Under the pieces are notes generated by a model that was given only the letters and a program-made list of their open reading frames with translations, did not search any database and was not told the origin of the DNA. This document shows positions 53,725 through 63,732 of a stretch of DNA of 64,000 nucleotides, in pieces. The translations under genes were made by a program, and so were the position numbers. This DNA comes from an uncultured Candidatus Saccharibacteria bacterium (GTDB lineage: Bacteria; Patescibacteriota; WWE3; 2-01-FULL-39-13). Numbering within the stretch: the first letter of the stretch is position 1; each line of letters begins with the position of its first letter. The stretch spans positions 35,281 through 99,280 of the forward strand of contig CAYJKF010000005.1 of the NCBI GenBank assembly GCA_964370865.1, in the 5' to 3' direction.

Positions 53725-53965
53725 CGAGTACATTGATCTTACAACGTTCTTGTATAGAACCCACCTGCGAAGACGGTGGTTATATAACATTTGGAATGAA
53801 AGCGGGAATTATCCTTTTTATTTTTCCTAGTTTTATTTCATTCCCAAGCCGTTTTGCGGATGGGTTTTATACACGAACACAAACTGGTGGGCAAAGATCC
53901 GCTTCTTACCTGGAAAGTGACTGGGCAGGACACTTACTTGGGGAAGCGGATCTTTGCCCACTTTT
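53725..53965 (+). ncRNA. Candidate ncRNA of about 240 nt (two long hairpins)
   Basis: 53746-53878 long G-U-containing hairpin; 53887-53961 perfect 19-bp inverted repeat followed by TTTTG. Confidence 0.6.
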
Positions 53966-53993
53966 GTTATACGCACTATGTTAAACTTTCGTT

Positions 53994-55574
53994 ATGGCTC
54001 GAAGACTAAATCATAACGTCGACAGAAATAGTTTTGCAGTACCACAGGTTATGGATAAAAAGAAAAGCACTAAACTCAAAATAATTCACATAGCAGCAGA
54101 AGCTGCGCCTTTTTCTACCGTTGGTGGAATGAGTAGTGTTATCACTTACTTGTCTCGAACCTTATCGAAAGAGGGGCACGATGTAAGTATCTTCATGCCG
54201 AAGTTCGGATTTATAGATGAAAAGACATATCCACTAGAACTCGTACATAAAGGACTAAAGGTTCCAACTGGACATACGAAAGATCCTAACTTTCCTTCGC
54301 ACTTGATATGCAATGTTAAACGATATGTTGCAGAAGACGGTGTTTCATTCTATTTCTTAGAAAATATGGAATATTATGAGAAACGGTCTAATGTTTACAA
54401 TTATTCGGATGATTATTTAAGATGGGCATTATTATCATATGGATCATTACAATATATTTGTAATCATATGGATAAGGAGCCAGACATTATACATGTCCAT
54501 GACTGGCATACAGCCTTAGTTCCCAATATCGTATTTAAAGAATATCGAACCAAAGGTTGTTTTGAAAAAACTTCATGTGTTTTAACTATTCACAATATAT
54601 CATTTCAAGGACAGTCAATTGACCCTGGAAGCGAATTAAACTTCGACGATGGTAAGTCAAGAGTTCCAGCATTTTATAGCGACAGATTAAAAAATTTAAA
54701 TTTCTTAAGAAGAGGAATCATATATTCTGACATCGTTAATACAGTTTCGGAGGGATATGCTCGTCAAATTTTGACACAGTCATATGGATGTGGACTTGAA
54801 ATCTTATTAATGGAGCTCAGATCGAAGCTTTTTGGAATTATAAATGGAATTGATTATGTGAAATTCGATCCACAGAATGATCCATTCTTAGAGGCAAACT
54901 TTTCAATCAATACAGTCGAAAAAAGATTAATTAATAAAAGAAAATTACAAAAGGAATTCAATCTAGAGCAAGAGGATGGTGTACCAATCTTTGCCTTTGT
55001 TGGTCGCTTAGATCATCAAAAAGGCGTAGATTTAATGATTGAAGTTGTCGAGAAATTTTTAAAAGATTTTAACGCACAGTTTGTATTAATAGGTTCGGGA
55101 GATATGGAGCTTGAAAAAGCGGCTAAACGCCTTGGAGAAAAATTTCCTAAAAAAGTCGGAGCCCATACATATCCTAATTTTACTTTGCCTAAATTAGTCT
55201 TTGGAGGTGCTGATATGCTATTAATGCCTTCACGATTTGAACCTTGTGGAATAGTGCAGATGGAATCAATGAGATATGGAGCGATTCCAATTGTTAGAGC
55301 AACCGGTGGTTTGGATGATACAGTTGAGGATTTTAATCCTTCAGATTTAACTGGTAATGGATTTAAATTTAAAGATTTTGATGGATGGTCACTATATGGC
55401 CAAATGGTCAGAGCACAAGAGACATACAGAAATAAAACAGTATGGAAACAAATTCAACTAAATGCAATGTCTACTGACTTTTCTTGGGATAATATTGCAG
55501 ATAAATATATAGCTCTATACAATAAGGCTATTCACTTTAAGAAAGAAGGTTATTTTAATAAAAATCTAGAATAA
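53994..55574 (+). CDS. glgA: Glycogen synthase (GT5), divergent paralogue
   Basis: TVGG, HVHDWH, TIHN, GRLDHQKG, PSRFEPCG, TGGLDDTV. Confidence 0.88.
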   Translation: MARRLNHNVDRNSFAVPQVMDKKKSTKLKIIHIAAEAAPFSTVGGMSSVITYLSRTLSKEGHDVSIFMPKFGFIDEKTYPLELVHKGLKVPTGHTKDPNFPSHLICNVKRYVAEDGVSFYFLENMEYYEKRSNVYNYSDDYLRWALLSYGSLQYICNHMDKEPDIIHVHDWHTALVPNIVFKEYRTKGCFEKTSCVLTIHNISFQGQSIDPGSELNFDDGKSRVPAFYSDRLKNLNFLRRGIIYSDIVNTVSEGYARQILTQSYGCGLEILLMELRSKLFGIINGIDYVKFDPQNDPFLEANFSINTVEKRLINKRKLQKEFNLEQEDGVPIFAFVGRLDHQKGVDLMIEVVEKFLKDFNAQFVLIGSGDMELEKAAKRLGEKFPKKVGAHTYPNFTLPKLVFGGADMLLMPSRFEPCGIVQMESMRYGAIPIVRATGGLDDTVEDFNPSDLTGNGFKFKDFDGWSLYGQMVRAQETYRNKTVWKQIQLNAMSTDFSWDNIADKYIALYNKAIHFKKEGYFNKNLE

Positions 55575-57121
55575 TGAATTGGGCACACTTTCTACACATA
55601 TATCAACCTGCAGACCAACACCCTGGCATTTTAGACAAAATAGCAAACGAATCATACAGGCCCTTAATTAGAGGATTATATAAAACTCCAAATGCAAAAA
55701 TTACATTAAATATTAATGCTGTTTTAGCAGAATTACTCTTTGAACATGGATTTAGAGATGTCGTCGATGGAATAAAAGACTTAGTGGAAATGGGTAAAGT
55801 TGAGCTTACCGGGTCGGCCAAATTCCACGCCTTTTTACCTTTATTACCTGAATCAGAGTTAGAGCGACAAATCGTTCTTAATCATGAAACAAATAAGCGT
55901 TTTTTTGGGGATTCCTTTAATCCAAAAGGATTTTTTCCACCTGAAATGGCATATAGTCCTAAAGTTGCAGGTGTAGTTAAAAAATTAGGATACGAATGGA
56001 TACTTGTAGATGAAGTGTCTGTATTTGGTGTATCAGAAGCAGAAAGACGAGATGTTTTGTATCAAATTAAAGACCTAGGTTTAAAGGTGTTCTTCAGAGA
56101 AAAACGCGCAAGCAACATAATAATGGGGGCATTAGTCAGGTCAAATGAATCCTTAGAAAGAGCGATGGGTGACGTGACGAATTCCAATAATTATGTCATT
56201 ACGGCTATGGATGGTGAGACATTTGGTCATCATAGGCCTGGATTGGACCTAGCATTATTTGAAATTTTAGGTAATTCTAGGTTTCCTTGTGTTAGGATTT
56301 CGGACTTATTGACTCTTTATACAGATGTTAAAGAGGTCGTTCCCATGGATTGTACTTGGGCCACAAGTGTTAAAGATGCATTAGCAGGTAATCCATATAA
56401 TCTTTGGTTAGATCAACAAAATCCTATACATAAAAATGAATGGCAACTTGCTGAGCATGCCATAAAGCTAGTAAATGAATCCGAATATTCGGACTCTAAA
56501 ATGCCCAAACTTTTAGAAGAGTCCAAAAACTGGGATCAAATGACAGATGAAGAAAAGAGTAGGGAAGAAAAAAAGAGGAGATGGTTAAAGTGTAGAGATG
56601 CACTAGATCGAGCTTTAAATAGCGATCCGTGGTGGTGGGCAAGTGCTAAACCATGGTGGAGTGTGGAAATGATTGAAAAAGGGATGTTTTCGTTGTATAA
56701 AGTCGTTAATGAATTGCCTGATGTCTCTTCGGGGGATTTAGAAATAGCCGAAGACTTATATAAGAAAATTTTATTTGTAGCTCATGACTGGCAAAGAACT
56801 GGTAAAGTCGATCAATTTGCAAAAGAAGAATCCGCAGAGAGGCGTATTCCATTATCCAAAAGATTCAACGCGGAGCCATATTACCACGCATTGTTAGATG
56901 CTCTAAAGCTTGAAGAAGAACGTGCTATAAGTAATAGGGAATACGAGCAAGCAATAAAATGGAGAGATTCTATTTACAAGTTAGAAAAAGATTTAGATAT
57001 ATATGATGCAGTTCATATTATGGATTTGTTTAGAGCAGAAGCAGATATATCTAAGTTTGAGGAATTTCTAAAAGAATATAAAGAAAAGTATAATATCTTG
57101 TCCAAAGGCCAGCCCGAGTAA
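55574..57121 (+). CDS. Glycoside hydrolase family 57 with C-terminal UVR-like motif
   Basis: FLHIYQP, HAFLPLL, FFPPEMAY (nucleophile), MDGETFGHH (acid/base), SDPWWW. Confidence 0.88.
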   Translation: MNWAHFLHIYQPADQHPGILDKIANESYRPLIRGLYKTPNAKITLNINAVLAELLFEHGFRDVVDGIKDLVEMGKVELTGSAKFHAFLPLLPESELERQIVLNHETNKRFFGDSFNPKGFFPPEMAYSPKVAGVVKKLGYEWILVDEVSVFGVSEAERRDVLYQIKDLGLKVFFREKRASNIIMGALVRSNESLERAMGDVTNSNNYVITAMDGETFGHHRPGLDLALFEILGNSRFPCVRISDLLTLYTDVKEVVPMDCTWATSVKDALAGNPYNLWLDQQNPIHKNEWQLAEHAIKLVNESEYSDSKMPKLLEESKNWDQMTDEEKSREEKKRRWLKCRDALDRALNSDPWWWASAKPWWSVEMIEKGMFSLYKVVNELPDVSSGDLEIAEDLYKKILFVAHDWQRTGKVDQFAKEESAERRIPLSKRFNAEPYYHALLDALKLEEERAISNREYEQAIKWRDSIYKLEKDLDIYDAVHIMDLFRAEADISKFEEFLKEYKEKYNILSKGQPE

Positions 57122-57138
57122 ATTGTTAGCAAATCACA

Positions 57139-58896
57139 ATGACAAAAACAGACCAAGTGAGTTCGATTGCTCTCAAATACGGGTATGAAATTGAAGAGAT
57201 AATTAGGACACCTGATGGTGGTTCTAGACGATCTTATGTTGTGTTTTTAAAGGACAAGGACGGTAAAAAATTCACAATGAAGATGTTTGAGTCGAGTGAC
57301 CAGTGGGCCCTCGAAAGGTTTTTGAAAGAAATCAAGAATATTCGCTTTATAAGATCAAATATTCCTAACAAATATAAGAGTTGGATTCCTAAAATTATCA
57401 CTTATTCAACTAAAGAAGAGAATCCATTCTACATATATGACCAGATTGCAGGTAATCAATTAGGTTCTTTTGTTTTCGATTATGGAATAGTGTGGGGGAG
57501 TTTTCACCATGCCAATTTTGATTTATTTATTAAATTTTTTGATGAGTTAGCAAAAATAGATTACTCAAAGGAAAACTTTCCTAAGTGGGGGAGTCGTTTA
57601 GCTAGAAAAGAGCTTCAATATTATTTCGAACAAGTAGAGAGGTTACTGCCATCAGACTTATATGATCGTATACAAGCTTTTTACGAGCGATATCATATGT
57701 ATGTATCAAAATCACAAGTGTTATCCCATAGAGATCTTTACCCAGAAAATATATTAATAAAAGCCGCAGGTTCTAAACAATTCACTTTTATTGACTGGGA
57801 ATATTTAAGTCTAGTTCCTATTGGATATGATGCTGCGTTTCTTTTCTTATCATTTTGGAGAGAGGAATATTGGAAATCTAAAGTATTTGCTCATTTTTAC
57901 AATAGATACAAAGACGACCCTAAATTACGACGTGAATTTTTAATTTCATTTAGGTTTTGTTTAATCATTTTAGCAACCAGATTTTTATATCAAATGCACA
58001 CCTATGGCGAAAAGAAAGGTAATGCTGAGCGAAATGCACACTTATCATTCATTTACGATTTAGAACATGCACTAACCGGCGATATTGTTAAGCCCCGCAA
58101 TATTAAGTTCTATGTGTCAAACAGTGACATTCAGCATGTGTGCGACTTATATAATATTGGAACTGTTAAAAGTTACGAAATTTTCTATGCGAGCAAAGGA
58201 AATACCGTAGCGAAGGTAATTACCGATCTAGACTCGTTTATTTTAAGGTTTTATTCACAATCTAGATCCTCCAACTTGATAAAGAGAGAGTTGGGTATTT
58301 TTGAAAAACTTAGAGATAGTGGAATTAATACATATAATCTCTACAAAACCTCAGAAGGAAATCTATATTCAGAAATAGAATTTTATGGAAAGAAAAGAAG
58401 AATTGCAGTTTTATCTTATTTACCGGGTAATAAACTTAGCCATGTTTGGGCTGATGAAAAAGCCATAACCGCTGCTGGTCGAATGTTAAGAAGGATTCAT
58501 GACAATAACATTATTCATGGTGACTACAGTAAGGAAAATGTCTTGTTTAGTAAGAATAAATTAACCGGTGTCATCGATTTTGAATGGGGGCGTTTTACAA
58601 AATCAAAAGACGCGAAATATCATGACTTAGCAAAGGCTATTGCATTATGGCTTGTTGATACAAGGTGTAAGAAACTTACAGACGATGTGTTTATTACGAC
58701 ATTTCTCGAGGGCTATTTTTATGATAAGAAAACGAAGAATTTTAATAAAATATTAGAAATAACTTTACAAAAAATAGAAAACGAACGCTCAATATTTATG
58801 ACTACGTTGGATACAAATGCCAGTAAGGATTCTGGAAGAAGATTTAATTCGGCTAATAAGACTGTTTCAGAGCTGTTGCTTTCTTATAAAGGGTAA
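57139..58896 (+). CDS. Tandem APH/choline-kinase-like phosphotransferase
   Basis: HRDLYPEN..IDWE and HGDYSKEN..IDFE. Confidence 0.8.
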   Translation: MTKTDQVSSIALKYGYEIEEIIRTPDGGSRRSYVVFLKDKDGKKFTMKMFESSDQWALERFLKEIKNIRFIRSNIPNKYKSWIPKIITYSTKEENPFYIYDQIAGNQLGSFVFDYGIVWGSFHHANFDLFIKFFDELAKIDYSKENFPKWGSRLARKELQYYFEQVERLLPSDLYDRIQAFYERYHMYVSKSQVLSHRDLYPENILIKAAGSKQFTFIDWEYLSLVPIGYDAAFLFLSFWREEYWKSKVFAHFYNRYKDDPKLRREFLISFRFCLIILATRFLYQMHTYGEKKGNAERNAHLSFIYDLEHALTGDIVKPRNIKFYVSNSDIQHVCDLYNIGTVKSYEIFYASKGNTVAKVITDLDSFILRFYSQSRSSNLIKRELGIFEKLRDSGINTYNLYKTSEGNLYSEIEFYGKKRRIAVLSYLPGNKLSHVWADEKAITAAGRMLRRIHDNNIIHGDYSKENVLFSKNKLTGVIDFEWGRFTKSKDAKYHDLAKAIALWLVDTRCKKLTDDVFITTFLEGYFYDKKTKNFNKILEITLQKIENERSIFMTTLDTNASKDSGRRFNSANKTVSELLLSYKG

Positions 58897-60340
58897 TATA
58901 TTTTTTAGCACTTTCTTTCCAGCTGTAGTCTTGGTTTGCTCCATTTATCATAATTTTTTCCCATTTAGTTTTGTTAGTTGAATAGTCAAAAAAGGCTCGT
59001 TTTAAAGCCTTAAGCATATCAACTTTACTAAATCCAGTGTAAACATACCCGGTTACATTCTCTTCAACGGTGTCGTATAACCCTCCGGTGCCTCTTACTA
59101 CAGGTACAGATCCATACTTCATCGCTATCATTTGTGTAAGGCCACAAGGTTCATATCTTGATGGAATTAAAAACATATCAGAAGCGGCATAAATTTGTCT
59201 TGCTGTTTTCTCTGAAAAGGTAATTAGTGCTTTATATCGTTTGTTAAATTGAGTTTTTGAATTATATTCCTTAAAAATCATCTCAAGTTGTGGATCACCA
59301 GTGCCTAAGATTACGACTGAATAACCCATTTCCATTATTTCATCAAGAGATTCGGCTACTAAATCTAAACCTTTTTGATGCGCTAGTCTGCTAATTATTC
59401 CAAGTAAAGGTCTATTTGAGACTTCTAAACCTAAACTTTTCATCAGTGCTTCTTTATTCTTTTGTTTACCAGCCTTAATGTCGCTTGTGCTGTATTGAAA
59501 TTGTAATTCCCTATCTGTCATTGGATTAAAGACTTCGTAGCTTATTCCGTTTAATATGCCCTCAAGTCTTGCTTCACGTACATTTAAGATATCGTGTAAT
59601 CCTTCTCCGAATTCTGGTGTTTGTATTTCTTCTGAATATTTTTTAGAAACAGTGGTTATGTAGTCCGATCCAACGATACCTTGTAGAACAAAATCTAAAT
59701 TATCGTCTTCTGCATCCCATTTTAGAGTTCGGTCATTTTTAATATCTAATTCTAATTTAGAAGCGACTTCAAGTTTACTAAAACCCTGATAGGCGAGATT
59801 GTGAATCGTAAAAACTGTTCTTGGTTGATCTGGAACATCCCTAAACCTGCCTATGCTTTGTAATACTTGTGGAACCATTCCCGTGTGCCAATCGTTACAG
59901 TGGATTATATCGGGATAGAATATTTTATTTGGAGTTCCGAAGTATTGTCCAATTACCTTGCTAAACAAGGCAAACCGTTCTAATTCAGCTTCTGGGCTGG
60001 CCATGGTTTCTGGTGAAAAATATATTCCTCCATTAGAGATCAAATCATCGTTTTTAATTAGGTAAACAAGAATTTCGGTTCCAGGGAGGAATGTTGTATA
60101 AATTTGTACTTTTAAGTTTTTTTGGCCGTACTTTACCTGGATATCATCAATTTTGTCAATTTTAATATTAGAAGCTTGTGGAGATAGCATTCTATCTGCG
60201 AGGTCTTTGTAGAATGGGATTACAATTCGAACATCAATTCCATATTGAGTTAGTGCGATAGGAAGGCTTCCGACTACATCAGCAACTCCTCCAACTTTAA
60301 CGAGTGGAGAACATTCGGATGCGGCAAGAAGTACTTTCAT
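58853..60340 (-). CDS. glgA: Glycogen synthase (GT5)
   Basis: KVGGVADV, HCNDWH, TIHNLAYQG, SRLAHQKG, PSRYEPCGL. Confidence 0.93.
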   Translation of the reverse strand: MKVLLAASECSPLVKVGGVADVVGSLPIALTQYGIDVRIVIPFYKDLADRMLSPQASNIKIDKIDDIQVKYGQKNLKVQIYTTFLPGTEILVYLIKNDDLISNGGIYFSPETMASPEAELERFALFSKVIGQYFGTPNKIFYPDIIHCNDWHTGMVPQVLQSIGRFRDVPDQPRTVFTIHNLAYQGFSKLEVASKLELDIKNDRTLKWDAEDDNLDFVLQGIVGSDYITTVSKKYSEEIQTPEFGEGLHDILNVREARLEGILNGISYEVFNPMTDRELQFQYSTSDIKAGKQKNKEALMKSLGLEVSNRPLLGIISRLAHQKGLDLVAESLDEIMEMGYSVVILGTGDPQLEMIFKEYNSKTQFNKRYKALITFSEKTARQIYAASDMFLIPSRYEPCGLTQMIAMKYGSVPVVRGTGGLYDTVEENVTGYVYTGFSKVDMLKALKRAFFDYSTNKTKWEKIMINGANQDYSWKESAKKYITLYKKATALKQSY

Positions 60341-60385
60341 ATTTAGGATTTTACTATTGATTGGTATATCGGTATAGTATTAATA

Positions 60386-61180
60386 ATGTCTGTATATCGA
60401 GTATTCCTTATTGTTTCGGCATTTTTTGTCTCATTTATTTTTTCAGGTTTGCCAGTTAAATCTCAAAGCCCTGAACCTGCGGTGAATGAATCATCACTAG
60501 GAGTTGCAAGTTTCTATCCTATTTCTGAACCCGTCACAGAAGGTGATATTATAATTATCCAAAATAATACATATGTTAAATCGCAAAAAGAATATGAAGA
60601 AAATATTTTTGGTGTAGTAACTCTAAAGCCGGCGATATCAATTGATCCTCAAATAGAGAATACATACCCTATTACTCGGGACGGTGAGATTTTGGTTAAT
60701 GTTTCGAATGTAAATGGTGAGATTCTACCAGGGGACTATATTACGACATCAAGTGTGCCTGGAGTTGGAATGAAAATGAAAAGAGATTCTTTTTCTCTGG
60801 GAATAGCAAGACAAGCTCTTACTGAAATTGATGAAAATGGAATTGGAAAAATAATAGTTGAGGTCAGGCCACGATTTTTATATATAAATGCTGATGTTTC
60901 AAAAAATAAAACATTTATTAAACCGATTTTTGACAGAGCTTCTGGTGGAAATTCTTCTTATAGCCTTCCTCGATATATTATAGGAGGTTTGATTGCCCTC
61001 GCAGCCTTAGTTTTTCTTGTGCTTAATATTAAAAAGATTGCTCAGCAAGGTTTAGCATCGATAGGAAGGAATCCACTTGCAAGTAAAATGATAATTTTTA
61101 GTGTCATAATAAACCTTAGTATCACACTAGTTGTTACCCTTCTTGGAATTGGGTTGGCTTATTTGGTGTTTGCCCTCTGA
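60386..61180 (+). CDS. Exported beta domain fused to an ATP synthase subunit-c-like hairpin
   Basis: Signal peptide; VNVSNVNGEILPGDYITTSSVPGVGMK; TM-GLASIGRNPLA-TM at the C-terminus. Confidence 0.6.
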   Translation: MSVYRVFLIVSAFFVSFIFSGLPVKSQSPEPAVNESSLGVASFYPISEPVTEGDIIIIQNNTYVKSQKEYEENIFGVVTLKPAISIDPQIENTYPITRDGEILVNVSNVNGEILPGDYITTSSVPGVGMKMKRDSFSLGIARQALTEIDENGIGKIIVEVRPRFLYINADVSKNKTFIKPIFDRASGGNSSYSLPRYIIGGLIALAALVFLVLNIKKIAQQGLASIGRNPLASKMIIFSVIINLSITLVVTLLGIGLAYLVFAL

Positions 61181-61208
61181 TTATTGTGTATAATTTTGGT
61201 AACTGCCT

Positions 61209-61826
61209 ATGATAGATCTCGATTTACAATATATTTTAATACTTCTTAATTTTTTCCTATTAATTGTTATATTTTTCTATGCGTTTTATTTGTACCGCAT
61301 TGAGAAAAAGGTCAAACAAAAATATGCAGATTTAACGAATAAATCTCAACAAATAATTGAGGAGGCTAATAAAAAAGCCGTAGAAATTTTACAAAAATCC
61401 GAATTTATAAGTGAAAATCTAAAGGGAGAAATCACCAATAACTTCGAAGCTATTTTATCTCACATTAAGACTCAAAACGCAGATTTCTATAAAGAATGGC
61501 AAACCGATTACCTCGCTAATTCTGACAAAATGATTGAGGAGATGAAAGCTAAAGGTCAATCAGATTTAGAGAAAATTTCAAATAAAGCGATAGAGACACA
61601 AGAGACTCTAGAAACAAAACTTGGTGAAGAATTTAACAAAGCAAAGGTCGAAATCGACACTTTTAAGTCACAAAAAGCACAAGAATACACAGAGAAATTA
61701 TCCGATGCTATTAAACGAATTTCAAAAGAAAAATTTTACGTGAATTTACCTTTAGATATTCATAAGAAAATCGTTGTCGAGACAGTTGAATTGGCTTTAA
61801 AAGAAGTTGAAGCCAGTACGGAATAA
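61209..61826 (+). CDS. ATP synthase subunit b-like protein
   Basis: N-terminal TM (ILLNFFLL) then a long charged coiled coil; position before delta and alpha. Confidence 0.65.
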   Translation: MIDLDLQYILILLNFFLLIVIFFYAFYLYRIEKKVKQKYADLTNKSQQIIEEANKKAVEILQKSEFISENLKGEITNNFEAILSHIKTQNADFYKEWQTDYLANSDKMIEEMKAKGQSDLEKISNKAIETQETLETKLGEEFNKAKVEIDTFKSQKAQEYTEKLSDAIKRISKEKFYVNLPLDIHKKIVVETVELALKEVEASTE

Positions 61827-61832
61827 ATCTAA

Positions 61833-62270
61833 ATGAAATCTAAAGAAAACATCGTCATTTTAAATAGAAATAAAGTAGATTTGTCTATCAAATTAGATAA
61901 ACTGCGTGAGCAGGAATTTATACAAGAGAGTAGCGAAAGTTTAGAAATTCTGACTGCTCAAGAAAAAACCTTATTCGAGAATATCGTTAAAAATAATCCA
62001 GACTCTAACGCGGATTCGAATATCAGCACACAAGCTCAATTTGTATCTGAATATCTCAATAATCTGCCCGTAGTAAGATTAACTATCGCTTTCACTCCCA
62101 ACATTGCCTTTGAAAGGAAACTAGCAGATCTTATATCTAATAAATTGAGGAATGTTTTATTAGATATTATTGTAGATCCAGAAATCTTAGGTGGATCTGT
62201 ACTCGAATATGCCGGAAAACATGTAGATAAATCTATTATTAATTTATTTGATTTGGGCAATGAGTTTTAA
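61833..62270 (+). CDS. atpH: ATP synthase subunit delta-like protein
   Basis: C-terminal VRLTIA..VDPEILGGSVLEYAGKHVDKSI. Confidence 0.75.
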   Translation: MKSKENIVILNRNKVDLSIKLDKLREQEFIQESSESLEILTAQEKTLFENIVKNNPDSNADSNISTQAQFVSEYLNNLPVVRLTIAFTPNIAFERKLADLISNKLRNVLLDIIVDPEILGGSVLEYAGKHVDKSIINLFDLGNEF

Positions 62271-63732
62271 AGAAAATCTATCAAAATCTAAAGAGTATGG
62301 TGTAATTGAGTTTGTCAGCCACCCTATAGTAAGAGTTTCTGGATTACCCACTGTAGAAGTTGACGAGGTCGTAATCTTTGAAAACGACGAATTTGGACAT
62401 GTTTCTGCTATTCGAAAAAATTATGTCGAGATAGTTTCTTATTCGAAAGTTCCACCTAAATACGGTACTAGGGTTACGAAAGGTGGAAAATTATTAGGAT
62501 TAACTATCACTGATGGGTTACTTGGTAAAGTAATTAACCCATTAGGAATTCCACGATTTACATATGAGACTTTTAAAAACGAAGGAGAAGAGAAACCAAT
62601 TGATATTCAACCTCCAACCCTGATGACAAGGTCAAGAATCAAACGACAGTTTGTAACTGGGGTTGCCGTAATTGATAGTGTTATTCCTTTAGGTAAAGGA
62701 CAGAGAGAGCTTATTGTTGGAGATCGAAAAACCGGTAAAACGAGTACAACGCTGACCCTAATTAAATCCCAAATAAGTGAAGGTTCAATCGTTGTTTATG
62801 CCCTAATCGCAAAGGATAAATCGTATACTAAGAAACTTAAAGAATATTTAGAGGATATTAAATTAATGGATAGTGTTGTCCTTGTAGCAACAAGTCCGGA
62901 TGATTCGCCTAGCTTAATCGATATGACACCGTATTCTGCGATGACAATCGCAGAATACTTTAGAGACAGCGGACGCGATGTTGTGATTATTTTTGATGAT
63001 TTAACTACACATGCTAAGTATTACCGTGAAATATCGTTGATAGCGAAAAAATTTCCAGGGAGAGATTCGTATCCTGGAGATGTTTTTTACAAACATGCAA
63101 GGTTGTTAGAGCGAGCCGGAAACTTTAAAAATGAGAAATCCAAGATTAAAGAAGCTTCGATTACGGCTATTGCTATTGCTGAAACCATAAATGGATTATT
63201 AAGTGACTATATAGTTTCAAACTTAATAAGTATTACTGATGGTCACCTTCACTTTGATGAGGCAATTTTTAATAAAGGTAGAAGGCCCGCTATAGATTTA
63301 TTTCTTTCGGTAACAAGGGTTGGAAAGCAGACCCAGCTACACATTTCGAGGCAGTTGACGAGGGAGGTTATGGCACTTATGACTAAGTATGAGAGTTCCT
63401 CTAACTTTAAACATTTAGGTGCTGAGCTAACAGACGAAATTAAAGAATTATTAAAGAAGGGGGATCAAGTTTTCGCATTTTTTGAACAGTCTTATCAACG
63501 AGCGATGCCTTTAAATATGCAGGTTGTATTTCTTGGTTTGATTATGTCGGGTGCTTTCATGACTACTGAAAGTTTAGGCGAAATAAGAGAGAAAAAGAAA
63601 AACTTATATCAGCATTATAAAGAACAAAAAGTTAAGATAATGATAGATAACATAGTAGAAAAGAGTCAAACATACGAAGCATTTATTGATAGTCTAGATA
63701 AGTATAAACCGGAGTTAATGGAATTATGTTAA
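62260..63732 (+). CDS. atpA: F1 ATPase alpha subunit, divergent
   Basis: PLGKGQRELIVGDRKTGKT, DDLTTHA, PGRDSYPGDVFY, LLERAG, NLISITDG; ATG at 62260 preferred. Confidence 0.9.
   Translation: MSFKENLSKSKEYGVIEFVSHPIVRVSGLPTVEVDEVVIFENDEFGHVSAIRKNYVEIVSYSKVPPKYGTRVTKGGKLLGLTITDGLLGKVINPLGIPRFTYETFKNEGEEKPIDIQPPTLMTRSRIKRQFVTGVAVIDSVIPLGKGQRELIVGDRKTGKTSTTLTLIKSQISEGSIVVYALIAKDKSYTKKLKEYLEDIKLMDSVVLVATSPDDSPSLIDMTPYSAMTIAEYFRDSGRDVVIIFDDLTTHAKYYREISLIAKKFPGRDSYPGDVFYKHARLLERAGNFKNEKSKIKEASITAIAIAETINGLLSDYIVSNLISITDGHLHFDEAIFNKGRRPAIDLFLSVTRVGKQTQLHISRQLTREVMALMTKYESSSNFKHLGAELTDEIKELLKKGDQVFAFFEQSYQRAMPLNMQVVFLGLIMSGAFMTTESLGEIREKKKNLYQHYKEQKVKIMIDNIVEKSQTYEAFIDSLDKYKPELMELC

Noticed and set aside
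53887-53961. SRP RNA
   Set aside because: Lacks the CAGG..GGAA..AGCAG helix-8 motif on either strand
53733-53984. 83-aa ORF as a possible toxin
   Set aside because: TTG start without SD and it coincides with extensive RNA pairing; more likely non-coding, though not excluded
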